In this document: positions 39,140 to 48,656 of the stretch, one piece after another
Layout: each line of letters begins with the position of its first letter
Position numbering within the stretch: the first letter of the stretch is position 1
Assembly (NCBI GenBank): GCA_041589565.1
Contig: JBFHVL010000001.1
Span: 38,364-102,363 of the forward strand
Direction of reading: 5' to 3'
Length of the DNA: 64,000 nt
From: Kangiellaceae bacterium
Lineage (GTDB): Bacteria; Pseudomonadota; Gammaproteobacteria; Enterobacterales; Kangiellaceae
The notes under the pieces: model-generated
Database searches by the model: none
Told to the model about the DNA's origin: nothing
The model's input: the letters and a program-made list of their open reading frames with translations, nothing else
Position numbers and translations under genes: made by a program

Positions 39140-40114
39140 TTATCGCTCGGGTAACATTGAATTACTGATTAAATTATTCATTTCGTTGGCCGAGCGACAC
39201 CTTGCAACTTTTCTCAACATTTCTTCGTCCATATGCGGTGCCAGCATACTGACAAAGTCGGTTACGTATTTTCGGAAAAAGAAGTTTTTGTGGAATACAA
39301 TTTTCGCACGCATAGGTGAAAACAGGTGATCAGCGTTTATCAGTTTTAAATCACTGTCTTTGTCCGGACTGTAGGCCATACGAGCGATTAACCCGACCCC
39401 CATTCCCATTCGAACATAAGACTTTAATATTTCGGAATCGGTAGCGGTAATCACAAAGTCAGGTTCAAGGCCCTGCTCTCGAAATACCCTTTCTACCTCA
39501 GACATTTTGCCGTTCGGTGTGAGCTTCGCCAAAAGCGGAAAACTCGCCAACTTTTCTAAGGATATTTGAGTGTCGTGTGCTAAGGGATGTTCTCTTGGTA
39601 CAACGATACACTGATGCCACAGAAAGCAAGGCACTTGTACCTTATCGTTAAACCAGCCATCTCGTTCACCATAAATCACCAAGTCGACATCGCCATGATC
39701 CAACATGTGATCGACATGCGCGTTGATCCCCTGGTGCAGATGCAGTCGTACCTCGGGATATTTCTTGGTAAATGATTCTATGATCCCCGGTAATAAGTAC
39801 CTGGAAAACGTGTGAGTTGTCGCGATCCGGAAAATACCCTTATCCTCACAGACAAAATCAGCAGCAATATCCTGTATCTTTTTAGTCAACTGAAGAATCT
39901 CGGTGGTTACCTCAAGAATTCGCGCGCCCGCTGGAGTTATGTTGGTCAGGTGTTTACCACTTCGAGTAAAAACCTGAACGCCAAGCTCATCCTCCAGCAA
40001 ACGAATTTGCTTACTGATCCCTGGCTGAGAGGTGTATAAGCTTTCAGCGGTTGCCGAAACATTAAGATCGTGTCGAGCCACCTCATAGATGTATTTGAGC
40101 TGTTGGAGCTTCAT
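39140..40114 (-). CDS. LysR-family regulator, CysB/Cbl subfamily
   Basis: The N-terminus MKLQQLKYIYEVARHDLNVSATAESLYTSQPGISKQIRLLEDELGVQVF closely parallels E. coli CysB, as does the C-terminal ...LPE(R/K). Confidence 0.8.
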   Translation of the reverse strand: MKLQQLKYIYEVARHDLNVSATAESLYTSQPGISKQIRLLEDELGVQVFTRSGKHLTNITPAGARILEVTTEILQLTKKIQDIAADFVCEDKGIFRIATTHTFSRYLLPGIIESFTKKYPEVRLHLHQGINAHVDHMLDHGDVDLVIYGERDGWFNDKVQVPCFLWHQCIVVPREHPLAHDTQISLEKLASFPLLAKLTPNGKMSEVERVFREQGLEPDFVITATDSEILKSYVRMGMGVGLIARMAYSPDKDSDLKLINADHLFSPMRAKIVFHKNFFFRKYVTDFVSMLAPHMDEEMLRKVARCRSANEMNNLISNSMLPER

Positions 40115-40365
40115 GCCTTTTAACTCCTAAGAAAGATTAATCTGACGTTTTTATTCCGCCTGCTTATTAAGAATAGAACGAAATCAAAAATTAACCAGCG
40201 TGGATATCTCTGTGGATAAAGTGTGATTAGTAGGTGGGAAAGCTATGAAATACTATATATGGAATTCTGATTAATTATTGTACTCAACACGATGTTTTTA
40301 TTTGAAAATAGAATAAGTTTCACGGGAAACAATTTAAAATGGAATTAAAAGCGCTGAATAATCCA

Positions 40366-41283
40366 TCAAACCTCATTCGCAACTCCATGAGGAACATGCC
40401 CGGTAGCTATTACTTCACTTGCTGATCGGCAGTGATCCTGCTGATCGTCGAAAAATACATCCGCACCATACGCTTTTAAAAACTCAGCTTTGTTTAACCC
40501 ACCCAAAAATAAGGCTTCATCGATACGAATATTCCAGCTACGTAAGGTTCTCACTACTCGTTCATGAGCTGGAGCAGACCTTGCAGTTACCAAAGCGGTC
40601 CGAATCGGACAGGATTCTTGTGGGAACTCCTTTTGAATTTTATGCAGAGCAGCAAGAAAGTTTTTAAAAGGACCGCCTTTCAAGGGATTCTTCGCGGCCA
40701 GCTTCTCACTTGCCGAAAATGCATCAAGCCCTTGTTTTTTATATATTTTTTCAGCCTCATCTGAAAATATTACGGCATCGCCATCGAACGCAAACTTAAG
40801 TTCGGCCTGCTCCCGCTCCTCTTTAGGTAAGGCCTTTGAGCGCGAGACGATGGTTGCAGCAGCGTATCCTGCCTCCAGTGCTTTTTTAACATCATCCGGG
40901 TTGGTGGATAAAAACAGATGGGCGTTAAACGCCGATACATATTGATAAGGAGTTCGACCTCCAGTGAAAGCCGCTCGAGTAATATCGAGCTGATGCGCTT
41001 CAATCGAGTTAAAAATCCTAAGTCCAGTATCGGCACTATTGCGAGAGATCAATACAACTTCCACACGCGGTGGCGACTCAGACTCACTGTGATTAAGCGA
41101 TAGAAGCTTTTTTACTAATCCAAAAGCAGCCCCCGGCGATAGAGGTTGATCTTCATGTGCTATCTGATACTCAGAATAGGCTTTTACCCCCTCTTTTTCG
41201 AAAATCCGATGGCTCTCTTCCAAGTCAAAAAGAGCGGTTGAAGATATTGCAATTACCAGTTTTTCACCTAATGAAACGGCCAA
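40366..41283 (-). CDS. Putative 5'-nucleotidase (bacterial cN-like family)
   Basis: AISSTALFDLEESHRIF..., LISRNSADTGLRIFNSI and ITRAAFTGG match proteins annotated as 5'-nucleotidase in Pseudomonas and Legionella, recalled from memory. Confidence 0.55.
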   Translation of the reverse strand: MAVSLGEKLVIAISSTALFDLEESHRIFEKEGVKAYSEYQIAHEDQPLSPGAAFGLVKKLLSLNHSESESPPRVEVVLISRNSADTGLRIFNSIEAHQLDITRAAFTGGRTPYQYVSAFNAHLFLSTNPDDVKKALEAGYAAATIVSRSKALPKEEREQAELKFAFDGDAVIFSDEAEKIYKKQGLDAFSASEKLAAKNPLKGGPFKNFLAALHKIQKEFPQESCPIRTALVTARSAPAHERVVRTLRSWNIRIDEALFLGGLNKAEFLKAYGADVFFDDQQDHCRSASEVIATGHVPHGVANEV

Positions 41284-41433
41284 CGCCCTACTCCTCGTAA
41301 GCTAAGCGAACTTTTTACACTAATTCCTTGAATACACTTACTATTTTGTAATTAACATCTATACTTCTGACAATACTATTATGATTGATTTTATGCTAGA
41401 AAAAATACCTTTTGAGGAGCTGTTTTCTAACTC

Positions 41434-43062
41434 ATGGTTAATTATGGAAATAAGTCCGCTTTGATAATAGAAGACTTTGCGGAGTTTGCACGGTCTTTAA
41501 AAGCAATGCTTGGAGATATTGGTGTCGAGCATGTGGATTTAGTTAATTCGGGCGAATCGGCTATTCGAGCTTGTAATGAAAAGTACTACGATATCATTTT
41601 ATCTGATTATAATTTAGGCAGTGGCAAGAATGGTATGCAGGTGCTTGAAGAGCTTAACTTTTACAAGCGCATTAAGCCCGATGCAATCTTTATAATGACC
41701 ACAGCTGAAAATACTGCCGCTATGGTTATGGGAGCAATCGAAAATCAGCCCGATGCTTATCTGACCAAGCCATTTAACAATGCACTGCTAAAGTCCAGGC
41801 TCACCAAGCTATTAACTAAAAAAGCAACCCTTAAGCCTATATTGGTTGCCAAAAACAAAGGAAAGTTCAAAGAAGCATTGGAGCAATGTGATGCCATCGC
41901 TGAGGCCTACCCGAAATATAAAATGGCTATACAAAAACTGAAAGCAGAATGCTTGATGCTTAAACGCCAATATCTTGAGGCTATGAAGATTTACGAAGAA
42001 ATCTTGTCGGCGCGGGAAGTGCCATGGGCCATGGTAGGACTGGCAGAAGCTTTAATGGCAAAAAGAGATTTCGATAACGCAGCTCACACCTTACAAAATA
42101 CCATTCAGAAGTTTCCTATGGTGCTTGAAGCTTACGATTTATTGGCGGAGTGCCAACTAAAACTCGATCAAAAAATAGATGCACAAGAAACTTTACAGAC
42201 GGCAATCAAAAAATCGCCTCGAGTAATTAAACGCCAAACTATGCTAGGCGAAGTAGCCCGCGAAAATCAGGATTTCGATGTTTCCATCCATGCCTTTAAA
42301 CAAACCATTCGTCTGGGCACTAATTCAATGTTTAAATCGCCAGACAGCTATATCAATTATACCAATAGCGTATCGATGAAATTGGACTCTAGTGAAGAGG
42401 GCAAACCAAAACAACTGATCGAGGAAGCAGAAAATTATTTGCACGACTTTTATAAAGAGTACAAGCATAATAAAGTTTGCAAACTCCGCGGTGCTGTAGC
42501 TGAAGGCAACTTTTATCAAAGTCAGGGTAAAGTTGACGAGGCAAGAAAATGCGTAGATTCAGCAAAAGATATATATAGAACAATGGATACCATGCTTCCT
42601 GCTCATGCAGGACTTGAAGTAGCACAAGGTCTACAGAACCTTGGTGAAGAAGGCATTGCCGAAGAAATCGTCAAAGACGCTGTTCAACACAATTTCGAAG
42701 ACTCCGCTTTTCTGGAAAAAGCACTGCCCTACCTTAAAGACAAATCAATTTTGGAAAAAGGTAAAGAAGCTCACAAACTCAACTCTCAGGGGATTAAACA
42801 TTTCGAAGCCAAAGAGTACGAGAAAGCCATCGATTGCTTTTTTAAGGCTGTAGAAGCATCACCTAAAAACATATCCATTATATTGAATACGGTCCAGGTA
42901 TTATTAAAAGTACACCAATCAGGAAACGCAGATGACTCAGTAATTGATAAATGTATGGAGTTTCTTAACTCGATCAATACCATTTCACCCGACGATAAAA
43001 GATTTCAACGATTTAGCGAGCTGCTGAGATTAACACGCGTTATTCAACAGGAGAATTTTTAG
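41434..43062 (+). CDS. Response regulator with C-terminal TPR-like helical repeat domain
   Basis: REC domain (IIED..., ILSDYNL phospho-Asp, LTKPF), then about 400 aa of TPR-like repeats. No DNA-binding or enzymatic output domain is visible. Confidence 0.75.
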   Translation: MVNYGNKSALIIEDFAEFARSLKAMLGDIGVEHVDLVNSGESAIRACNEKYYDIILSDYNLGSGKNGMQVLEELNFYKRIKPDAIFIMTTAENTAAMVMGAIENQPDAYLTKPFNNALLKSRLTKLLTKKATLKPILVAKNKGKFKEALEQCDAIAEAYPKYKMAIQKLKAECLMLKRQYLEAMKIYEEILSAREVPWAMVGLAEALMAKRDFDNAAHTLQNTIQKFPMVLEAYDLLAECQLKLDQKIDAQETLQTAIKKSPRVIKRQTMLGEVARENQDFDVSIHAFKQTIRLGTNSMFKSPDSYINYTNSVSMKLDSSEEGKPKQLIEEAENYLHDFYKEYKHNKVCKLRGAVAEGNFYQSQGKVDEARKCVDSAKDIYRTMDTMLPAHAGLEVAQGLQNLGEEGIAEEIVKDAVQHNFEDSAFLEKALPYLKDKSILEKGKEAHKLNSQGIKHFEAKEYEKAIDCFFKAVEASPKNISIILNTVQVLLKVHQSGNADDSVIDKCMEFLNSINTISPDDKRFQRFSELLRLTRVIQQENF

Positions 43063-43064
43063 TC

Positions 43065-43754
43065 ATGTCTGAAGTAGATGATAATCTCGACTTTTCCATG
43101 GTACTCGCATCAGCCGTGCACGATATGAAAAACTCATTGAGTATGTTGTTAAGTGCATTAACATCGCTGGAATCTCGTTATCCGGCTGAGTCTGACGAAG
43201 ATAACCGCCAGCTCGCAGTGTTACAGTATGAATCGAGCCGGCTAAATTCTGCATTAGTTCAATTACTAGGGCTATACAAACTCGATCACCAACAACTACC
43301 TGTGAATATCAATTATCTTGATGTTGAAGACTTTATAACCGATCAAGTTGCGCAGTATGCTCCCCTTGTAAAGTCAAAAGGGATAGAAATCGAATTAAAT
43401 ATAGAAGATGAACTGGATGGTTGTTTCGATCAAGATTTAGTTGCAAGTGTTTTGAATAACGTACTCGGCAATGCTATTCGTTATACCAAGAACTTAATTC
43501 AAATCTCCGCCTATTTCGACAAAGGTTTGGTAATTGACATTGCTGATGACGGTGTGGGCTACCCCCAAATAATGATTGACCAGCAACAAAACTTCATTAA
43601 ATCAATTGATTACAGTACTGGCAGTACTGGTTTAGGGCTTTATTTTGCAAGCAAAATTGCTGAGTTGCACAAAAATAACGAACAAACCGGTAGTATTGAA
43701 TTGTTAAATGGCGGTGAACTGGGTGGAGGAGTATTTCGTTTGCGCTTACCATAA
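43065..43754 (+). CDS. Soluble, sensor-less histidine kinase (DHp + HATPase only)
   Basis: H-box AVHDMKNSL at residue about 18, N-box NNVLGNAIRYT, G1 DDGVGYP, G2 GSTGLGLYFA. Only 229 aa, with no TM or sensor domain. It starts 2 nt after the REC-TPR stop. Confidence 0.78.
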   Translation: MSEVDDNLDFSMVLASAVHDMKNSLSMLLSALTSLESRYPAESDEDNRQLAVLQYESSRLNSALVQLLGLYKLDHQQLPVNINYLDVEDFITDQVAQYAPLVKSKGIEIELNIEDELDGCFDQDLVASVLNNVLGNAIRYTKNLIQISAYFDKGLVIDIADDGVGYPQIMIDQQQNFIKSIDYSTGSTGLGLYFASKIAELHKNNEQTGSIELLNGGELGGGVFRLRLP

Positions 43755-43849
43755 ACCAGAGCGAGAAATATCACTAAACTAGATTTAATAAGTGACAAAC
43801 CACTGAAATATATCATAATAATTAATATCTGCAGGTAAAAATTGGGCTT

Positions 43850-44608
43850 ATGAACACCACAACTATCGTCATATTAATCATTTCGTTACTCGTGTTGGGT
43901 GTCGCTGCCAGTGCATACATTCAATTTCGTGAACAGGTAAAAGCGGAGAAAAGGCAGCGTATCGCTAAGTATCGTTATCGTGCTCGTGTAGGACAAGAAC
44001 TCTACGACCGCTTCTTCGACTTTCCCATTGGCCCTCAGGCACGACAAGTCATTCTCCAATACATTGCTCAAAACTTGTCGATGGCGTTAAATGTTGAACC
44101 TAATCAGCCTGATGTAAAACAATCACTTGATTCGGTCAATGAAAAGTTAACAGCACCCGATGTTCCAGCCGACTCTCAAGGATTAAACATTCCCTACGAT
44201 CCACAAGAAATAGTCGTAATGATGGGCAAGCTAAAAAATCTAATGCGCTATGTTCATAAAATTGGAAAAATGCCCGGCATGGACATTAATATAGCCAGTA
44301 AAGGATTATCGCACTTAAAGAAATTGTATCTACAATTACAAACTCATACATTTATTGGTGTAGCCCGAAAAAGTGCCGATGAGAAAAACTTTCCTCAAGC
44401 GATGCAATACTTGGAAAATGCAAAGAAGTCGTTACTGCGACAAAATATTTCTGATGCCAATACACAAAAGCTGCTGGGTCGAGTTGAAGAAATAGAGCAA
44501 GAAATTAATGCAATGCGCGATACTCCTCAGGCAGAAGAGCAAGACATCAACGAAACTGCTGACTTAGGCGATACCGACGATTTGTTTCAACCTAAAAAGA
44601 AATGGTAA
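43850..44608 (+). CDS. Hypothetical membrane-anchored protein
   Basis: A single N-terminal TM helix (TTIVILIISLLVLGVAASAYI), then a helical, charged cytoplasmic region with an acidic tail. I recognise no family. Confidence 0.45.
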   Translation: MNTTTIVILIISLLVLGVAASAYIQFREQVKAEKRQRIAKYRYRARVGQELYDRFFDFPIGPQARQVILQYIAQNLSMALNVEPNQPDVKQSLDSVNEKLTAPDVPADSQGLNIPYDPQEIVVMMGKLKNLMRYVHKIGKMPGMDINIASKGLSHLKKLYLQLQTHTFIGVARKSADEKNFPQAMQYLENAKKSLLRQNISDANTQKLLGRVEEIEQEINAMRDTPQAEEQDINETADLGDTDDLFQPKKKW

Positions 44609-44634
44609 TAACCGCTACCGATTGAATGAACAAT

Positions 44635-45114
44635 TTAGCTTTTTCGACTTAATAAATCGTTCACATCTTTGAATAATTCCCGATTGCTTTCACTCAGATC
44701 AGCGAGCGCCTGATGAGCGGTATGCACCGCGCCAGTCAATTGCTCAATCGCTTCTTCCTCTGAACTGATAGATTCAAACTGACAATTCGATGTATCCAAT
44801 CGTTCCTGTTGAATATTAAAAACTCGATCAAAACATACACCGAGTAATGCTTCATATACCTGTGGATTTGTTACAAAGATATCTGGCTTAGGGAGTTTTT
44901 GTTGAGAAGCAAGCTTAGCGATCAATGCGAGAGAGCCCAATGCGGTACTGTCTAAATGAGTGGCTTCGGTCACATCTATTACAAAACTTTGTTGTGCCTC
45001 ATTTAATTGTTCAACATAGGACTGGAGACGTATTACGTCAGCATAACGAACGTCCCCTCGCAGTTTAATGCAATGTTTATTGTTTATATTTGAATAACTG
45101 ACTTTTGCACTCAT
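44635..45114 (-). CDS. STAS-domain protein (anti-sigma-factor antagonist-like, RssC/HsbA-like)
   Basis: 159 aa. HLDSTALGSL aligns with the SpoIIAA DSSGLG phospho-serine loop (Ser56 here). It lies immediately downstream of the REC-PP2C gene. Confidence 0.7.
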   Translation of the reverse strand: MSAKVSYSNINNKHCIKLRGDVRYADVIRLQSYVEQLNEAQQSFVIDVTEATHLDSTALGSLALIAKLASQQKLPKPDIFVTNPQVYEALLGVCFDRVFNIQQERLDTSNCQFESISSEEEAIEQLTGAVHTAHQALADLSESNRELFKDVNDLLSRKS

Positions 45115-45139
45115 AGTACTACAAGTATTTTCGTTTTAA

Positions 45140-46366
45140 TTAGTTGCGATGTAATACAAATATAGAAACATCGTCAGGAAGTTTATTGAGTTGCCTCAAC
45201 TTGAGTTGTTCTACAATATCATTAACTCGAGTTTCATGGTTTAACTGTAGAGACAATAAGCTTGCTTCGGGCGCCACTTCCTGGGCATTGCTACACTCAA
45301 GAACGCCATCGGAAAATAAAAACAAACTAAACTCATCCGGTATTTTCATTAGGCAGCACTCAAACGTCGCCCAATCAAACATCCCCACTGGAAAGCCACG
45401 TTCCTGAAGTATCCAGCGTTGCCTCTCATTGACTGCAACAGGCCTTGGAAAATGACCACCTATGGAGTATTTCATTTCATTGGTCTGGCAATCTATAACA
45501 CCAAAAAACAAAGTGACATGCTTACCAATGTTCGCGGCCAGGATCTCTTTGTTTAAATAATCTAACACTCGATCAGGGTAAAGAATCGTATCGTCGCCAT
45601 TAACGCGATAGTTGCGAATAGGCTGATTAAACAAACTTTTTAACATCATGGTAACAAAAGCTGAGGCAGAACCATGACCAGAAACATCAGCGATATAAAA
45701 GCCAAAAAAGCGCTCGTCAATTTGAAAGTAATCAACAAAATCACCGCTGACATTGAGTGATGGAATAACCGTATGTTCGAATCGAAAGCCGTTTATTTCA
45801 CCTTGAGGAGGGGGTAAAAGCTGAAGTTGTGCGCGACGCCCCGCTTCCTGATCTTCTTTTAACACTGCCAGGTTTTCTTCCAGTTCTCGATTGGCTTTTT
45901 CCAGCTCGCTACGAAAGATCTGGTTTTCTTTTTCCAGCTGTTTTTTAAGTAACGCTTGCTTGACAGCATGACCAAGAACTCCCAGATCCGTAATGGGTTT
46001 TACCAGATAATCCAACGCACCCAACCTTAATGCTTCGACAACATCGTTTATCATCCCTGCACCGGAAATCATGATAACTGGCGTATCGGGGCTTTCTTTG
46101 GTAACTATTTCCAGCAGTTTCATGCCATCTACTTCTGGCATTCTGAGATCGCATAGGATCAAATCTGGCTGCTCATCTTTGAATATCTGAAGGCCTTGAC
46201 GCCCATTTTCGGCTTCGAGCACATCATAGCCGCAATCTTCTAGATACATCACAATGCTCTGACGCACCAAAGGATCATCATCAATAGTGAGAATGGTAGG
46301 AATCTCGCTGGAGAGCCAGCGTTCGTTGGTAATACTCGACTGTGTATCCAATTTATTGCATCGCAA
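45140..46366 (-). CDS. Response regulator fused to PP2C/SpoIIE-type Ser phosphatase (RssB/RsbU-like)
   Basis: REC (TIDDDP, ILCDLRMPEVDG, LVKPI), a coiled-coil linker, and PP2C motifs (SGDFVDYF, ADVSGHGSASAF, FLFSDGV). Confidence 0.85.
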   Translation of the reverse strand: MRCNKLDTQSSITNERWLSSEIPTILTIDDDPLVRQSIVMYLEDCGYDVLEAENGRQGLQIFKDEQPDLILCDLRMPEVDGMKLLEIVTKESPDTPVIMISGAGMINDVVEALRLGALDYLVKPITDLGVLGHAVKQALLKKQLEKENQIFRSELEKANRELEENLAVLKEDQEAGRRAQLQLLPPPQGEINGFRFEHTVIPSLNVSGDFVDYFQIDERFFGFYIADVSGHGSASAFVTMMLKSLFNQPIRNYRVNGDDTILYPDRVLDYLNKEILAANIGKHVTLFFGVIDCQTNEMKYSIGGHFPRPVAVNERQRWILQERGFPVGMFDWATFECCLMKIPDEFSLFLFSDGVLECSNAQEVAPEASLLSLQLNHETRVNDIVEQLKLRQLNKLPDDVSIFVLHRN

Positions 46367-46559
46367 AGTTTAATAAATTATCTCTATACTGTGGTATAGC
46401 ACAATACCCCGTCGAATCAAGCTGGTACCTTAGATTGGAACCGTTAAATGCATGCAGTTCACGAGAGCTAATTTTGGACATTGACCAACTTGATTTTATT
46501 ACCTACTATGGCTTGAGTCGGGTAAAAGGGTAACAGAGATAGTCATAGAGGTTCTCACA

Positions 46560-46865
46560 ATGTCATCGATCGAAAGAGAATACGAAGAAAAACGCGATTT
46601 TATCAGGATGTTTGTTGACGCCAAGGTAGAAATTACCGATCCAGATACTGGCGACCAGTTTATAGGTGACAGCAAAAATCTTAGCGCAGGTGGTGTAGCA
46701 TTTATATGTGACCACCCGTTTGACGTAGGTAAACGACTTGAAGTGAAGGTAAGCTCGGTGCAGTCCAAATTACCGCCTTTGCAGGCTGATCTCGTCGTTA
46801 TTCGCTGTGACAAGATCGAGAACGATCACTATGAAATAGCTGGCTCAATTGAAAATGTGAACTAG
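46560..46865 (+). CDS. Stand-alone PilZ-domain protein
   Basis: 101 aa with RDFIR (RxxxR) and NLSAGG (D/NxSxxG) c-di-GMP-binding motifs. Confidence 0.75.
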   Translation: MSSIEREYEEKRDFIRMFVDAKVEITDPDTGDQFIGDSKNLSAGGVAFICDHPFDVGKRLEVKVSSVQSKLPPLQADLVVIRCDKIENDHYEIAGSIENVN

Positions 46866-46926
46866 TATGCATTTTTAAATATTGAGAAGCCATTCTCAGA
46901 AACTGTTTATTTATTGACCTATTATT

Positions 46927-46954
46927 AAGCTCCAACATTAGTGGAGCTTTTTTA
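46927..46954 (+). terminator. Rho-independent terminator after the PilZ gene
   Basis: aagctcca-acattag-tggagctt hairpin followed by a T-run. Confidence 0.6.
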
Positions 46955-47094
46955 TATGAGCCGTTATCAAGCGTCCCACAAGCCATTGAAACGATATTTC
47001 GATCCGATGACCACATTACCGATAGTTCTTGTTCTGGGAATGTTCCTCAGCGTATTGTGAACCGAAACTATAGGCTAATTAACCTAGGTTTAAG

Positions 47095-47805
47095 TTAACA
47101 GTCCTCATATTCGGGATCGCACTCAAAGTTATCTTCTAATGGCAAATCACCGTCGAACACTTTGTAACGGCGATTCTGTAAATAGGCATCTCGAATAAAG
47201 CTGTATTCATCGAGAGCCGACTCAATCTGGTCTTCCAAAGCTAAAAGTTCAGCACGTTTGATTAGTAAGCGCATCCCCTTTAATTGAAACTTAGTCGGAT
47301 CATGCTCTATATCGCTCAGAGGATCTAAGTAATTGTCGGCAGGCATAGCTGCAGTATCTCGGAGCGTCGATGGGCCGAAAAAAGGCAGCATCAAATAAGG
47401 TCCTGATTCGACTCCCCAAACTGCAAGTGTCTGACCAAAGTCTTCATCATGCTTTTCGAGCCCCATGGCTGTCGCAGGGTCAAAAAAGCCAGCCAATCCT
47501 AACGTCGAATTAATAACGAATCTTCCTAAGTCACTGGTAGCATCGAGTAATTTAAACTGTAGAACGTTATTAATTAAGTTACCGATATCTCCAATATTGG
47601 AGAAAAAGTTATCAAACCCTTTTTCAACAGGATCTGGAGTAATAGCTTGATACCCTTCTGCCACAGGCTTAATGACGGCTTTGTCGATGGCCCGGTTAAA
47701 CCCATAAACCTTACGATTGAATGACTCGTAAGGGTCCACTGAATTGCCCGTCGAGGCACAACCTGTAATCAGGCCGACTAACAAAATAACAATCAGCTTG
47801 TTCAT
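47095..47805 (-). CDS. mlaA: MlaA/VacJ-family outer-membrane lipoprotein
   Basis: Lipobox LITGC, and conserved DP.E..NR..Y.FN and GPYLMLPFFGPST motifs. The ORF track starts at a GTG at 47835, but the ATG at 47805 gives a canonical signal peptide. Confidence 0.85.
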   Translation of the reverse strand: MNKLIVILLVGLITGCASTGNSVDPYESFNRKVYGFNRAIDKAVIKPVAEGYQAITPDPVEKGFDNFFSNIGDIGNLINNVLQFKLLDATSDLGRFVINSTLGLAGFFDPATAMGLEKHDEDFGQTLAVWGVESGPYLMLPFFGPSTLRDTAAMPADNYLDPLSDIEHDPTKFQLKGMRLLIKRAELLALEDQIESALDEYSFIRDAYLQNRRYKVFDGDLPLEDNFECDPEYEDC

Positions 47806-47888
47806 AATAAAATGCTCTGACTTGTAATTGCGCACATTATAAGGAGGAATGAAAAAAGGATCTAATCACAATTAAACTGAACGCAAAA

Positions 47889-48656
47889 TTAATGACTGGC
47901 AACTCCCAGAATAATATCCTTTTTCATCAGCTTTAGCATGGTATCCAGCCCATGTTCAAAAATAGCTTGCAGGGGAACCTGAGGTAACTCATCTGACAAC
48001 CGCTTTAATATTTGGTCGCCAGTTAGCCCGTTTTCTTTTTGCATGATAGTCAACAAATTAAATGTCACTCCATTAACTTCAATAAATTCGACATCGTCAT
48101 CTTTGTCGCGATAGACCACAATAAATGAAGGAACATCGGGCGCTTTGGCAGGCTGATAATCTTTAGAAATATGGTGAACATCAAATTGATACGCCAGCGG
48201 CCACGCTAGAGGTGACAGAATAGGAACTTCATTCATTAAATCGACCGAAGCTTTGGTGCTGATTGATTTTAAATCACAAGGATCGATCATTAGCGCTAAC
48301 TCTACCCATTCATAATGAGCCAATTCCTGAAAAAACGGATAATTTGCAATAATGGTAGATTCGTTGGTTTGAGCGAAGCTTAGAAATTCTTTTGCAACTT
48401 CAGCAAAATACGGAGACTTAGCTCGGTAATTGACTAAAAACTCTCGTATCAGCTGTTTCCATTCTTCATCATTCAATATGGAGTGAATTACCGGAAAGCC
48501 TGACTCCACAAATCCTGCGATGTTGTTAAAGATGAGCTCTCGATATATGGTCAGTCTACGCTCTTCGATCCCTTTGGGTGCATTTGAATGCTCAGGGTCC
48601 CGTATATGTGATGATAGTTGGTACTGTATTTCTTGAAATTCAGGACGGCTAACCAT
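47889..48656 (-). CDS. DUF2063-family partner protein of the MNIO enzyme (HvfC/BufC/MbnC-role candidate)
   Basis: The N-terminus [15 protein letters not shown]...[28 protein letters not shown] is typical of DUF2063. The ATG at 48656 overlaps the MNIO stop by 8 nt (ATGGTTAG). The ORF track offers a TTG at 48671. Confidence 0.8.
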   Translation of the reverse strand: MVSRPEFQEIQYQLSSHIRDPEHSNAPKGIEERRLTIYRELIFNNIAGFVESGFPVIHSILNDEEWKQLIREFLVNYRAKSPYFAEVAKEFLSFAQTNESTIIANYPFFQELAHYEWVELALMIDPCDLKSISTKASVDLMNEVPILSPLAWPLAYQFDVHHISKDYQPAKAPDVPSFIVVYRDKDDDVEFIEVNGVTFNLLTIMQKENGLTGDQILKRLSDELPQVPLQAIFEHGLDTMLKLMKKDIILGVASH

